From a virus: a stretch of 35,913 bases of DNA. The DNA is taken from positions 1 to 35,913 of IMG/VR virus record IMGVR_UViG_3300045988_052978. The stretch is one strand, 5' to 3'. Both the position numbers and the translations under genes were made by a program. Shown in pieces: positions 7,575 through 15,194 of the stretch; position 1 is the stretch's first letter; each line of letters opens with the position of its first letter. The notes beneath the pieces are model-generated. The model was not told the DNA's origin, made no database searches, and worked only from the letters and a program-made list of their open reading frames with translations.

Positions 7575-8857
7575 GTGTTACCGCCTCCGTTTTTCTGATT
7601 TCTCTGAATAGAGAGCTCCTTCCAGATCGAAAGGGGCACATAGTTCAGCGACGCCAGATACTCGTCGCCGCCTTCCACCTGGGGCATGTCCTCCAGCTCC
7701 CGGATGTCGTTCACGTTGAAGGCGCCAGCCTCCCGCATGTCCCGGTACCACTTGGCGCGGCTGGCGCTGTCGCCCCGCAGCTCTGCCATCATGTTTAGCC
7801 GGACCTCCAGTCCGTCGTCCCGTTCCCACTTGGGCAGCAGCTTATAGGTCAGCTCCTGCTCCCAGGCGGTCACAATGGGCTGCAGCGTGCCGGTGGCGTA
7901 CTCGATGGCGTTTTGCTCGTTGCTGTTGTAGCTCTGCTTGCCCTCCTGGAGTTTGTAGAGCGGAACCCCGAAGAACCGGGCGATGTCCCGGATGCTCAGC
8001 TCCGCGTTTTCCACAAACTGGGCGTCCCGCTGGCTGATGGACAGGGGGTGGTATTTCAGCCCGTTGTCCAGCACCGCCACCCGGTTGGCGTTGGTGGGGC
8101 CCGCGTGGCGCTTTTCCCACTCTTCCCGGACCTTGTCCTTGATGCTGACCTTCCGCACGGTGCCGTCGGCCTGGGGCTCCTCCACGTATCCGCCAATGTC
8201 GGTGTCCGTCTCCAGCACGCCGCCGGGCTGGCCGCCGTTGCGGTAGTAGGCGGCGTTGTAGGCCTGGGCCGCCCTGCTTCCGGCGATCACCTCGCTGGCC
8301 CGCTCCAGCACGCTCACGCCGCTCCACCCGTTTCGGGAATAGGACGTCACGTGAACCATGTCCATCCGGTTTACCTTCTGGTGAATGCGGCCCGTATAGG
8401 GGTCTGTCACCTGGTACCACAGCTCCCCGGAGGTGTCCAGCCAGGGCCGCACCGCGTCCCACGGCAGGCCGATCAGCCGCTTCGGCCGCAGGGAAGCGCC
8501 GTCCCGCAGGATCCACATACACCCGTTGCCGCCCAGCAGCGCCCCGGCTTCCGCCACCTTCCTGGCGTCAAAGGCCGACTGCCAGGGGCTGCTCCTCAGG
8601 TTGAGGATCTCCAGCAGCGGATGCTCCACCCGCTGCTTGCTGTTCCGGTCAAACACGAAGGCCGGCAGCTTGGCAATGTCGCCGCTCAGCACCTCCACGC
8701 ACCGGGCCACGGCGCTCAGCTTCATGGCCGCCGGGGCCGAGGTGTCGATGTAGCTCCCGGAGCCCAGCCCCACGCTCTCCACCGTCACCACGTTCTTCGG
8801 GGGCTGCGGCCTTCCGCCTGCCAGCGCCCGCACGCCCCGCATAAAGGCGTTAGCCAT
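7571..8857 (-). CDS. Portal protein (HK97 family)
   Basis: 428 aa, downstream of the large terminase. Its length and conserved segments (e.g. YRNGGQPGGVL, FGVPLYKL) fit phage portal proteins. Confidence 0.9.
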   Translation of the reverse strand: MANAFMRGVRALAGGRPQPPKNVVTVESVGLGSGSYIDTSAPAAMKLSAVARCVEVLSGDIAKLPAFVFDRNSKQRVEHPLLEILNLRSSPWQSAFDARKVAEAGALLGGNGCMWILRDGASLRPKRLIGLPWDAVRPWLDTSGELWYQVTDPYTGRIHQKVNRMDMVHVTSYSRNGWSGVSVLERASEVIAGSRAAQAYNAAYYRNGGQPGGVLETDTDIGGYVEEPQADGTVRKVSIKDKVREEWEKRHAGPTNANRVAVLDNGLKYHPLSISQRDAQFVENAELSIRDIARFFGVPLYKLQEGKQSYNSNEQNAIEYATGTLQPIVTAWEQELTYKLLPKWERDDGLEVRLNMMAELRGDSASRAKWYRDMREAGAFNVNDIRELEDMPQVEGGDEYLASLNYVPLSIWKELSIQRNQKNGGGNT

Positions 8858-9023
8858 CGCGTCCGCCCTCCTCTCCGCCCAGGGCGTTCACTACGCCCAG
8901 CGCCGCCAACTCCACTCCCAGGGCGATCACGCCCGCCGGGAGGTAGATCAGCGCCACGCCCGCCGCCGTCAGCAGCAGTCCCGCCGTCAGCAGCGCCAGC
9001 GCCATCCAGTCCTGTCTCTTCAT
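8850..9023 (-). CDS. Small membrane protein (57 aa), not in the ORF track
   Basis: Read by hand: GGAGG-N7-ATG, giving MKRQDWMALALLTAGLLLTAAGVALIYLPAGVIALGVELAALGVVNALGGEEGGRDG. Two hydrophobic helices. The stop overlaps the portal start (ATGGCTAA). Confidence 0.55.
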   Translation of the reverse strand: MKRQDWMALALLTAGLLLTAAGVALIYLPAGVIALGVELAALGVVNALGGEEGGRDG

Positions 9024-9032
9024 CCTGACCTC

Positions 9033-10847
9033 CTACATGCTCCACCCGCCCTGGCGGATGCGGTCCGCCAGCGTGGGGTTATTTCGCCGCAGCAGCGCCA
9101 GCGTCAGCGCGTTCATGGCCGCCGCCACCGGGTCGATGCGTTCTGTGTCGCCCTTGTGTTTCTTACTCAAGCGGCTGTCGCCGTTGCCGTTTACGGTCTC
9201 CACCGCGTTAGCCAGGCACCACATGGCCAGCGGGCTCTCCTCCATTACCAGCTTCCCCTGGGCCAGCAAGTCCCGGAAGCCCTTCACCGCCAGGTTCTGC
9301 CCGCTGCATGACTGGAAAATCTCCACGCAGAAGTCCTCATTATTCCGCCGCTGGTTCATGGCGATGGCCAGATCGGTAGCGTTGTGGCCGTCGTAGCCCA
9401 CCTGGGTCACCTTCCAGCCGTGATCTTTCTCCCCAGCCACGATCCACTCGTCCACGAAGGCGTTTTCCGTCACCGCGCCGGGCGTCAGCGTCACATAGCC
9501 GCCCTTGGCCCACGCTGTATAGGGGACGCGGTCGGTGTGCTCGTGGCGCTGCGCGCCCTCCTCCGGCATGAACGCCTGCATTTTGATGCCCACCCGGTCG
9601 TCCGGCAGCAGCCACACCGCTGCCGCGCCGCTCAGGTCGATGCGCTTTCCCAGGTCAAAGCCGCACCAGCACTCCCGCCCGTCCGTCAGCGCCGCGAAGT
9701 CATCGCGGCTCACCTGGGCGCGTCTCGCCGCCGCCAGCAGGTTCTCGTCCAGATAGCGGTTCACCGCGCCGGTCTGCCACTTGTCCATCCGCCTGGTCAA
9801 AAAATTGCGAATTTTGTACGGGTCGTTGAAGGCATACGCCGTGGTGTACTCGCTGCGAATTTCATCCAGCAAATACTTGGCATACTCGCTGCCGTACCGC
9901 AGGCACGGATTGGCCTTGGCCCAGCAGGCCTCGTTGTGGGGGTCGTCCCCGTCGTCGATCTCCCGGATCATCACGAAGTAGGTCTCGTCCATGGGGATAT
10001 CTCCCCGCAGCATGGCCTTCAGGTTCTCCTCTTCGGCGTAGCAGGGCTTGCGCTGGGCATCGTCCCCCGCCGTGGTAATGGCGTCCAGCAACGCTTGGGG
10101 CCGCTTGCCGAAGCCGGACTTGCCCACGTCGTAGATTTCCGAGGTGGGGTGGGCGTGGTATTCGTCCACCACGAAGTAGCTGGGGGCGGCGGAGTCCTTA
10201 TTTTTGGTGTCCTTGCTCAGGGCCCGCATAAAGCCGCCCCGCGTCAGATGCACCACCGGGTTGCTCCGGGGTATCTTCAGCCGCTTCCGGATGTTGGGGC
10301 TGGCCTGGGCGATCTTTTTCGCGTCGCCAAACACTCGCATGGCCTGCCCCCGGTCCACGGCGGCACATTCCACCTCCGGTTCCATCTCAAACCTGGCCAG
10401 CTCCGGGTGATAAGGCGGATAGATCACGTCGGCGCACATGTGATAGAGGCACTGCCCGGATTTCTCCGTGCTCTTGTAGTTGCCCCGCGCCCGCTTGTTG
10501 TAGCTGACCTTGAAGCGCCGCGCTCCCGTGTCCTTCTGCACCCAGCCGTAGAGGTTGGCCAGGTCAAACACCTGCCAGGGCTCCAGCGTGATGGGCTTTC
10601 CCGCCGCCACGCCCCGCACCTGGATGCACTGGCCGAACCACCGCAGAATGCGATCGGCCCGCGTCACATCGAACACATAGGGGAAATCCTTCTTCCCCTG
10701 CCGCTTCAAATCGTCCAGGAACCGCTGGCAGGCCAGCCGCTCATACAGGCAGCACTGCTCCTTCAGCCGCCCCCGCACCACCTGCTTGGCATACACCGCG
10801 GCGGCGTGGTGCTGCCCCGTCTGGCGTTCCGGCCGTGCCGCGCCCAC
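9033..10847 (-). CDS. terL: Terminase large subunit
   Basis: 604 aa, with an ATPase N-domain and a nuclease C-domain of the expected size. It lies downstream of terS. GTG start preceded by AAGGAGGG. Confidence 0.93.
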   Translation of the reverse strand: MGAARPERQTGQHHAAAVYAKQVVRGRLKEQCCLYERLACQRFLDDLKRQGKKDFPYVFDVTRADRILRWFGQCIQVRGVAAGKPITLEPWQVFDLANLYGWVQKDTGARRFKVSYNKRARGNYKSTEKSGQCLYHMCADVIYPPYHPELARFEMEPEVECAAVDRGQAMRVFGDAKKIAQASPNIRKRLKIPRSNPVVHLTRGGFMRALSKDTKNKDSAAPSYFVVDEYHAHPTSEIYDVGKSGFGKRPQALLDAITTAGDDAQRKPCYAEEENLKAMLRGDIPMDETYFVMIREIDDGDDPHNEACWAKANPCLRYGSEYAKYLLDEIRSEYTTAYAFNDPYKIRNFLTRRMDKWQTGAVNRYLDENLLAAARRAQVSRDDFAALTDGRECWCGFDLGKRIDLSGAAAVWLLPDDRVGIKMQAFMPEEGAQRHEHTDRVPYTAWAKGGYVTLTPGAVTENAFVDEWIVAGEKDHGWKVTQVGYDGHNATDLAIAMNQRRNNEDFCVEIFQSCSGQNLAVKGFRDLLAQGKLVMEESPLAMWCLANAVETVNGNGDSRLSKKHKGDTERIDPVAAAMNALTLALLRRNNPTLADRIRQGGWSM

Positions 10848-10865
10848 TGTGCATCCCTCCTTGCA

Positions 10866-10942
10866 AAAACAAAAAGAGCCAGGGCCAACAACCGCGCATC
10901 CTCTGCGCTGTCATCGGCCCCGGCTCTCTAAGCACTGGCCCT
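10866..10942 (-). terminator. 77-bp terminator-like element, copy A (between terS and terL)
   Basis: Minus RNA reads AGAGCCGGGGCC-29 nt (inner GCGCA-N5-UGCGC)-GGCCCUGGCUCU-UUUUUGUUUUU. It is 72/77 identical to 12396-12472. It ends 18 nt before the terL start. Confidence 0.6.
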
Positions 10943-10958
10943 AAAGCTTATATTTCCC

Positions 10959-10975
10959 GTGCCCAATTCGGGCAC
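10959..10975 (-). repeat. Dyad hairpin H3: gtgcccaattcgggcac
   Basis: Lies 4 nt after the terS stop. It forms a 7-bp stem with a G-U pair on minus RNA. Its flanks are shared with H1. Confidence 0.7.
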
Positions 10976-10979
10976 CGAT

Positions 10980-11438
10980 TTACCCATACAGATCCGCGTC
11001 CGGATCCACCTCCACGGCCGCCGCCCGCTTCCGGGCCAGCTGGGCCCGCCCCGCAGGCGTCAGCCCCAGATCCTTGGCATAGCTCAGAATGGACTTCTCC
11101 AGCTTCTGCAGCTCCGTGGAGAGGGCCGTCGCGTCCTTCGGCTCGATGCCCTTGACCCGGCTAGCCTTCTGGAGTTTATCCCGCCGGGAAAGCATAGCGC
11201 AGTAGATGGCCATGACCTCCGTGTCCAGGCTGTCCAGCAGCAGCACGTTGTCCATGCGCCCTAAGATCGCCGCCCAGTACCGCCGCGCCGCGCTGTCGCC
11301 CTTCAGGAGGGAGGGCGGCTTGTCGGGCGACAGCTCCACATGGGTCAGCAGCTCGCCCTCGGCCTCCGCCCTGGCGGCCGTCTCCGCCAGCGTCAGATGC
11401 TTTGTCATGTTGTCCAGCACCTTCCCAGGCGTCGCCAT
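10980..11438 (-). CDS. terS: Terminase small subunit (P27-like)
   Basis: 152 aa. The pattern YWAAILGRM...LDTEVMAIYC...LGLTPAGRAQLARK resembles P27-family small terminases. It sits upstream of terL. Confidence 0.8.
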   Translation of the reverse strand: MATPGKVLDNMTKHLTLAETAARAEAEGELLTHVELSPDKPPSLLKGDSAARRYWAAILGRMDNVLLLDSLDTEVMAIYCAMLSRRDKLQKASRVKGIEPKDATALSTELQKLEKSILSYAKDLGLTPAGRAQLARKRAAAVEVDPDADLYG

Positions 11439-11975
11439 AGTCTCACATCCTCTCCCTGGCGGCCTCCGCCGCTTACTCCGTAGGGGCGGACGATTCTGTC
11501 CGCCCGCGCTGCGCCTTCGCAGCGCCTTGACCTGTTCCGCTGCGTTCCCGCCGCGCCTTCCCTCGGCGGGAGTCTGCCGGACGGCCGTCCCCGGCCGCCG
11601 GCAAATGAAAGGAGGATACTTCCGGCCGAACTGCCCAGGCCCCGAACCACGGCCAAACTGCCAGGCCCCGAACCCTGGTCAGACTGCCCGGTTTCGCGCC
11701 CGGTCAGCCGCCCGGCACACTCCCGCCGTCATATTTCCGTCCTGGGCCAGACGGCCTACGTCAATACGCCGCGTGGCACGCAGCCCTTCGGCCGCCCAGC
11801 CCCAAACCCCCATGAGGGAATTTTTTCTATGCACGAGGGGAAGCGGGGCATCCACAGGGGTCACGCGAAATTTTGAAAGCCCCGGGGCGGGTCGAGGCCT
11901 GTGGCCTCCGCCCGCACGCGCCCACTGCGACGCGTTCCCGTACCCGACCGCGCGCCGCCGCGCAGGCGACGCTGG
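11439..11975. other. 537-nt non-coding region between HNH and terS; probable cos / terminase recognition region
   Basis: No credible ORF is present; only Arg/Pro/Ala-rich shadow frames. It contains several short hairpins, e.g. ggcggac-N6-gtccgcc, gcgctgc-N5-gcagcgc and gaggcc-tgt-ggcctc. It also contains a tandem 24-25-bp repeat. Its position matches the cos sites of HNH-dependent HK97-like phages. Confidence 0.5.
11624..11674. repeat. Tandem 24-25-bp direct repeat ggcc(g/a)aactgcc(c)aggccccgaacc x2
   Basis: Copies at 11624-11648 and 11651-11674. A third partial box, agactgcccgg, follows at about 11681. Confidence 0.8.
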
Positions 11976-12368
11976 TCACCGAGAAGCCGCCCAGTTTTCG
12001 TGCTTCTGCATCAGCTGCTCCCGCGCCGTCTTCTGGTCGTGGTGTCGCTTGCAGAGGCTCTGCAGGTTCGATGGCTCCACGAATTTCGCCCAGTCACCGC
12101 GGTGCGGTTCGATGTGATCCACCACCGTGGCGCGGGTCCGGCCGCGAGGGTCGCCCGCGTCGTATGCCTGCGCGCACACGCGGCAGAACGGCTCCCGCAG
12201 GAGCTGCGCCGGACGAAGACTGTCCTTCCAGACCGGCAGGTTGTACCAAGCGTGATAGTCCTCGCTGACGCGGCGCTGGTGCCTGGGCCTGTGCTTATCG
12301 CACCAGCCATCCCGCGTCAGCTCCGAGCATCCGGCATGCCGGCACGGCCGTAACGGTCTACCCGCCAT
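11976..12368 (-). CDS. HNH endonuclease (packaging-associated)
   Basis: Cys-rich N-terminus (CRHAGC...WCDKH). HNH core DHIEPH...NLQSLCKRHHDQKT. It is adjacent to the terminase genes. Confidence 0.9.
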   Translation of the reverse strand: MAGRPLRPCRHAGCSELTRDGWCDKHRPRHQRRVSEDYHAWYNLPVWKDSLRPAQLLREPFCRVCAQAYDAGDPRGRTRATVVDHIEPHRGDWAKFVEPSNLQSLCKRHHDQKTAREQLMQKHENWAASR

Positions 12369-12395
12369 GGGCTATCACCTCCACGGTCAACGGGC

Positions 12396-12472
12396 AAAAC
12401 AAAAAGAGCCGAGACCAACAACCGCGCATACTCTGCGCTGTCATCGGCCCCGGCTCTCAAAGCACTGGCCCT
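12396..12472 (-). terminator. 77-bp terminator-like element, copy B (upstream of HNH; overlaps the last 10 codons of the Zn-ribbon gene)
   Basis: Ungapped alignment to 10866-10942 at offset 1530, with 5 mismatches. The 3' arm GGUCUCGGCUCU keeps pairing through two G-U pairs. It is followed by UUUUUGUUUU, 27 nt before the HNH start. Confidence 0.6.
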
Positions 12473-12647
12473 CATCCATGTCCACGATGTACTCCCGCTT
12501 GCAGTCATGGCAGAATGCTACGATCCGCCACGCCACGGCGTCCTTGGGTACCTGGATCACTTTCTTGTTCCGGCAGCCAGCGGTTGGGCACCGCAGGTAG
12601 CCGTTCTTCACTGTCAACATTCTACCATGCTTTTCTTCAATTCGCAA
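12441..12647 (-). CDS. Small zinc-ribbon protein
   Basis: 68 aa with CPTAGC...CHDC. TTG start 10 nt after AAAGGAG; an alternative ATG lies at 12620. It is the first gene after an AT-rich intergenic island. Confidence 0.6.
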   Translation of the reverse strand: MRIEEKHGRMLTVKNGYLRCPTAGCRNKKVIQVPKDAVAWRIVAFCHDCKREYIVDMDEGQCFESRGR

Positions 12648-12712
12648 GCCCTATTCGCTCCTTTCGTCATTTGCTGAACTATATTTCAAGTCTTATTCTA
12701 AGAATCAAGCGC

Positions 12713-13486
12713 TTACTTCCGCCTGGCCTTCCGCTCCGCATCAATGGCGTCCAGCGTGGGCCGCAGCGGATCCTGCTTGATGTACCATCCGTAGTAGTAA
12801 TCCCCAAACTGATTATACACATGATTGCCGCCCTTGCAGCGCGGGTAGTCCGGAAACGAGATCTCGCCGCTGCTGTCTTCCCACCGCTCAGGCGGCGGCA
12901 GCTGCGCCGTCAGGCTGCGGCTGGCCACCCATGTGCGGGCGTCGATGGGGATCACCACGCCGTCGGTGCGCTCCTTGCAATAGTACTTCGCCGTGCGCCG
13001 GTAGGTGTCATACGGCCCCAGCAACAGGGGCTTACCCTCCACGAAGCCGTTGGTCCACAGCTCCTCCATGGCCAGCGGCGGAAAGTCGCTGTACCGCACC
13101 GTCAGGTGGATGTGGTAGCGGTGGTCGCCGTGCTTACCCTCGATCAGATAAACGTAGTCGAAGGGCCGCCCTCGCCACCGCTTCAGCTTGTAGAGGAACC
13201 GCCGCCAGGCCTTCCGCACCTCCTTGAAGGTAGGCGGCAGACAGTCGTCGGCAAAGGTCAGCGTGTAGCTTTGGCCGTCGAAGCCAAACAGCGCCAGCAG
13301 CAGCTCCAGCCGATCCACGCGGCTGCGGCACACGCTGGAGTCCCGCGGCGGGCGGAGAATTCTGTTCTTCTCCGCCCGATCATGAGGGCTGTCCAGCCTG
13401 CTGAGCTTTGGCCGGATGGCGCGGGACTCCTTCACCAGCGGGCCCGCTACCTGTCGGCAGCACTGCCACCGCAGGTCCTCACTCAT
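12713..13486 (-). CDS. HUH-superfamily Rep-like endonuclease (rolling-circle initiator/relaxase-like)
   Basis: All three HUH motifs are present in order: YTLTFAD (motif I), HRYHIHLTV (HUH, motif II) and RTAKYYCKE (catalytic Tyr, motif III). The start is trimmed to the ATG at 13486, which overlaps the upstream stop. Confidence 0.65.
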   Translation of the reverse strand: MSEDLRWQCCRQVAGPLVKESRAIRPKLSRLDSPHDRAEKNRILRPPRDSSVCRSRVDRLELLLALFGFDGQSYTLTFADDCLPPTFKEVRKAWRRFLYKLKRWRGRPFDYVYLIEGKHGDHRYHIHLTVRYSDFPPLAMEELWTNGFVEGKPLLLGPYDTYRRTAKYYCKERTDGVVIPIDARTWVASRSLTAQLPPPERWEDSSGEISFPDYPRCKGGNHVYNQFGDYYYGWYIKQDPLRPTLDAIDAERKARRK

Positions 13487-13703
13487 GAGCCACCTCGCCA
13501 TACAGGGCATAGCGGAGGATGTTGGCCTCCCGCCGAAGTCCCTTCGGCCCATACCAGGCACCGCCGGAGAACGCCGCCAACCAGCAAACCAAGTCACCGC
13601 GATACGAGGCGCGATGCGTCTGCACATCGTGTGCGATCCAGGCAACATCATCTCTGCTGTACCCGCATGCCATCAGCAGCTTAACGTATCGTTTTCGGGT
13701 CAT
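13479..13703 (-). CDS. Small protein, paralog 2 of a tandem pair (MTRKRYVKLLMACGYSRD...)
   Basis: 74 aa. Its N-terminal 18 residues are nearly identical to those of the upstream gene. Confidence 0.6.
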   Translation of the reverse strand: MTRKRYVKLLMACGYSRDDVAWIAHDVQTHRASYRGDLVCWLAAFSGGAWYGPKGLRREANILRYALYGEVAHE

Positions 13704-13969
13704 TTCTCACCCTCCTTTCCGGCCGCTGCCAGCGCGGACAAAATGTCCTGCACTGTGCGGCGAAGCCACGGATCAACGGCCCTCCATGTGCTTACAAGCC
13801 TGGCGCACACGTCGCGGAGCGCGCCCCTGGCCCGAAGGTATGGCTCCAGAGCCGCAAATGCGCGGGCATATTTGCCATACTTGAAAAGGTCGATGGCCGC
13901 CCGGGCCTGCGCTAGATTGCGGGTATAGCCGAATGACATCAACAGCTTAATGTATCGCTTTCTGGTCAT
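13700..13969 (-). CDS. Small protein, paralog 1 of a tandem pair (MTRKRYIKLLMSFGYTRN...)
   Basis: 89 aa, with an ATGA overlap to the next gene and a shared N-terminal motif. Confidence 0.6.
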   Translation of the reverse strand: MTRKRYIKLLMSFGYTRNLAQARAAIDLFKYGKYARAFAALEPYLRARGALRDVCARLVSTWRAVDPWLRRTVQDILSALAAAGKEGEK

Positions 13970-14121
13970 CCGACCACCTTCCTCTCCAGAATCACCTGCC
14001 GATACTCCTCCAAAAGATCAACCATCATGTCGATGTTGCCCTCCCGAAGATCGCCCTTCACCCGAAGATCACAGAGATCGTTAATTTGCTTGATTTTTGC
14101 CATCGCTTCACAGACTGTCAT
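13966..14121 (-). CDS. Small protein (51 aa), not in the ORF track
   Basis: Read by hand: AAGGAGGAGCGAAA-ATG, giving MTVCEAMAKIKQINDLCDLRVKGDLREGNIDMMVDLLEEYRQVILERKVVG. The stop overlaps the next start (ATGA). Confidence 0.5.
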   Translation of the reverse strand: MTVCEAMAKIKQINDLCDLRVKGDLREGNIDMMVDLLEEYRQVILERKVVG

Positions 14122-14329
14122 TTCGCTCCTCCTTTGCCGCGATCTCCGACCGGATCACCTGCTCGATGGCCCGGCAACTGTCACGATACATGCAGACCAC
14201 GGCACAGTCGTCAGCATGCGTTTCCGCCTTGTCGAACAAGGGGACACACCACAGCGTCGAGCGCCGCTCGGCCGTAGGCGCAAAGTGGCCGCACTTATGA
14301 CAATAGCTTTCAACTTCCAAAGTGATCAT
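14108..14329 (-). CDS. Small Cys-rich protein (start trimmed to MITLEV)
   Basis: The ATG at 14329 overlaps the upstream stop (ATGA). It carries CHKC plus further Cys residues. The upstream 45 codons of the track ORF overlap the previous gene. Confidence 0.55.
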   Translation of the reverse strand: MITLEVESYCHKCGHFAPTAERRSTLWCVPLFDKAETHADDCAVVCMYRDSCRAIEQVIRSEIAAKEERNDSL

Positions 14330-14661
14330 TTTCCACCAAACACTTTCTCCGGATACCGCACCTCCCAGGGCTGGAAGGCGCTGCCCATGATGCGCGCCAG
14401 CTCCCGGTCGATACAGCCCTTGGTATAATCCATATTCGCGTCGCCCTTGGCGTTCTCCAGACACAGAGAGGCGTAGGCCTCAAAGGTTTCCCGGTACTTC
14501 TCCAGAAACTCCGTGGCCCGCTTCTCGCCAAAGCCGAAATCCTGTCCCAGCGTGATCAGCGCCATGTCCTCGCACTGCTGAATGGTGAACAGCCGCTGCA
14601 GGTGCATGTTCTGCCGCTGGTTCTCCTGTACCTTCCGCAGGAAGCCGCTCTGCTTACCCAT
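14326..14661 (-). CDS. Hypothetical early protein
   Basis: 111-aa ORF with high GC3. No motif recognised. Confidence 0.6.
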   Translation of the reverse strand: MGKQSGFLRKVQENQRQNMHLQRLFTIQQCEDMALITLGQDFGFGEKRATEFLEKYRETFEAYASLCLENAKGDANMDYTKGCIDRELARIMGSAFQPWEVRYPEKVFGGK

Positions 14662-14693
14662 CGCACGTCACCTCTGGCGCATCCGGCAGCAGG

Positions 14694-15194
14694 CTATTCA
14701 CTCTGTCTGCCATCTTCGTTTCCTCCTTCCAGCTTATCCAGTGCGGCGGCCACCTGCCGCCACATTTCGATTGGGAATCGCTCCCGGTCGCACATCCGGG
14801 TTAGCTTGTCGGCGTTCACGTCGCCGCCGCACAGGGCCGCCAGACGGCCCATGCAGCCCGGGCCCCACTTGGAGCGATAGGCCACCAGCCGGTCGGCGGT
14901 GTCCCGCTTGAACCGGGCCGCCTCCGACGCGCCGGAGGGCCGGGCGGTCTCACGCGCAGCGCTCACCGTACCCCCCCCTTCCGGCGTGCCCGACTTGGGC
15001 TCGTTGCGGCCCTCCGCGCCAGGAGCACCCTTCAAGCCGATGTCCACAATACCTTTGCCGGCGCTCCGCAGGGCACGCTGGGCCAGCACCAGCAGCTCGA
15101 TCAGATCATAGCCCTGATGGCACACCTCCACGCGTTTCTTCAGGTAGTCCGCCAGCGCGGCGCACTGGTCGTGGGTCAAATCAATCGCCGTCAC
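14694..15194 (-). CDS. Hypothetical early protein with a Gly/Pro-rich linker
   Basis: 166 aa. The GTG start follows a G8 run that acts as the RBS. The CDS contains an internal G8 run and a degenerate copy of the dyad hairpin. Confidence 0.55.
   Translation of the reverse strand: MTAIDLTHDQCAALADYLKKRVEVCHQGYDLIELLVLAQRALRSAGKGIVDIGLKGAPGAEGRNEPKSGTPEGGGTVSAARETARPSGASEAARFKRDTADRLVAYRSKWGPGCMGRLAALCGGDVNADKLTRMCDRERFPIEMWRQVAAALDKLEGGNEDGRQSE
14971..14978 (-). repeat. G8 homopolymer inside CDS 14694..15194 (C8 on the plus strand)
   Basis: The codons GAA GGG GGG GGT encode EGGG. Length inferred from the track translations. Confidence 0.8.
14986..15002. repeat. Degenerate intragenic copy of the dyad hairpin: gtgcccgacttgggctc
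   Basis: 16/17 match to H5 (28799-28815). It lies inside a CDS. Confidence 0.5.

Noticed and set aside
8785-9045. 86-aa minus-strand ORF spanning the terL stop and the portal start.
   Set aside because: It is a Gly/Arg/Asp-rich low-complexity frame that overlaps both neighbours. A different frame in the same gap gives a 57-aa two-helix membrane protein with a GGAGG RBS and a coupled stop/start.
11405-11864. Minus-strand ORFs 11405..11656 and 11679..11864, and plus-strand ORFs 11206..12117 and 11873..12268, in the HNH-terS spacer.
   Set aside because: These are Arg/Gly/Pro-rich frames without RBSs. The region is repeat- and hairpin-rich and is positioned as a cos site.
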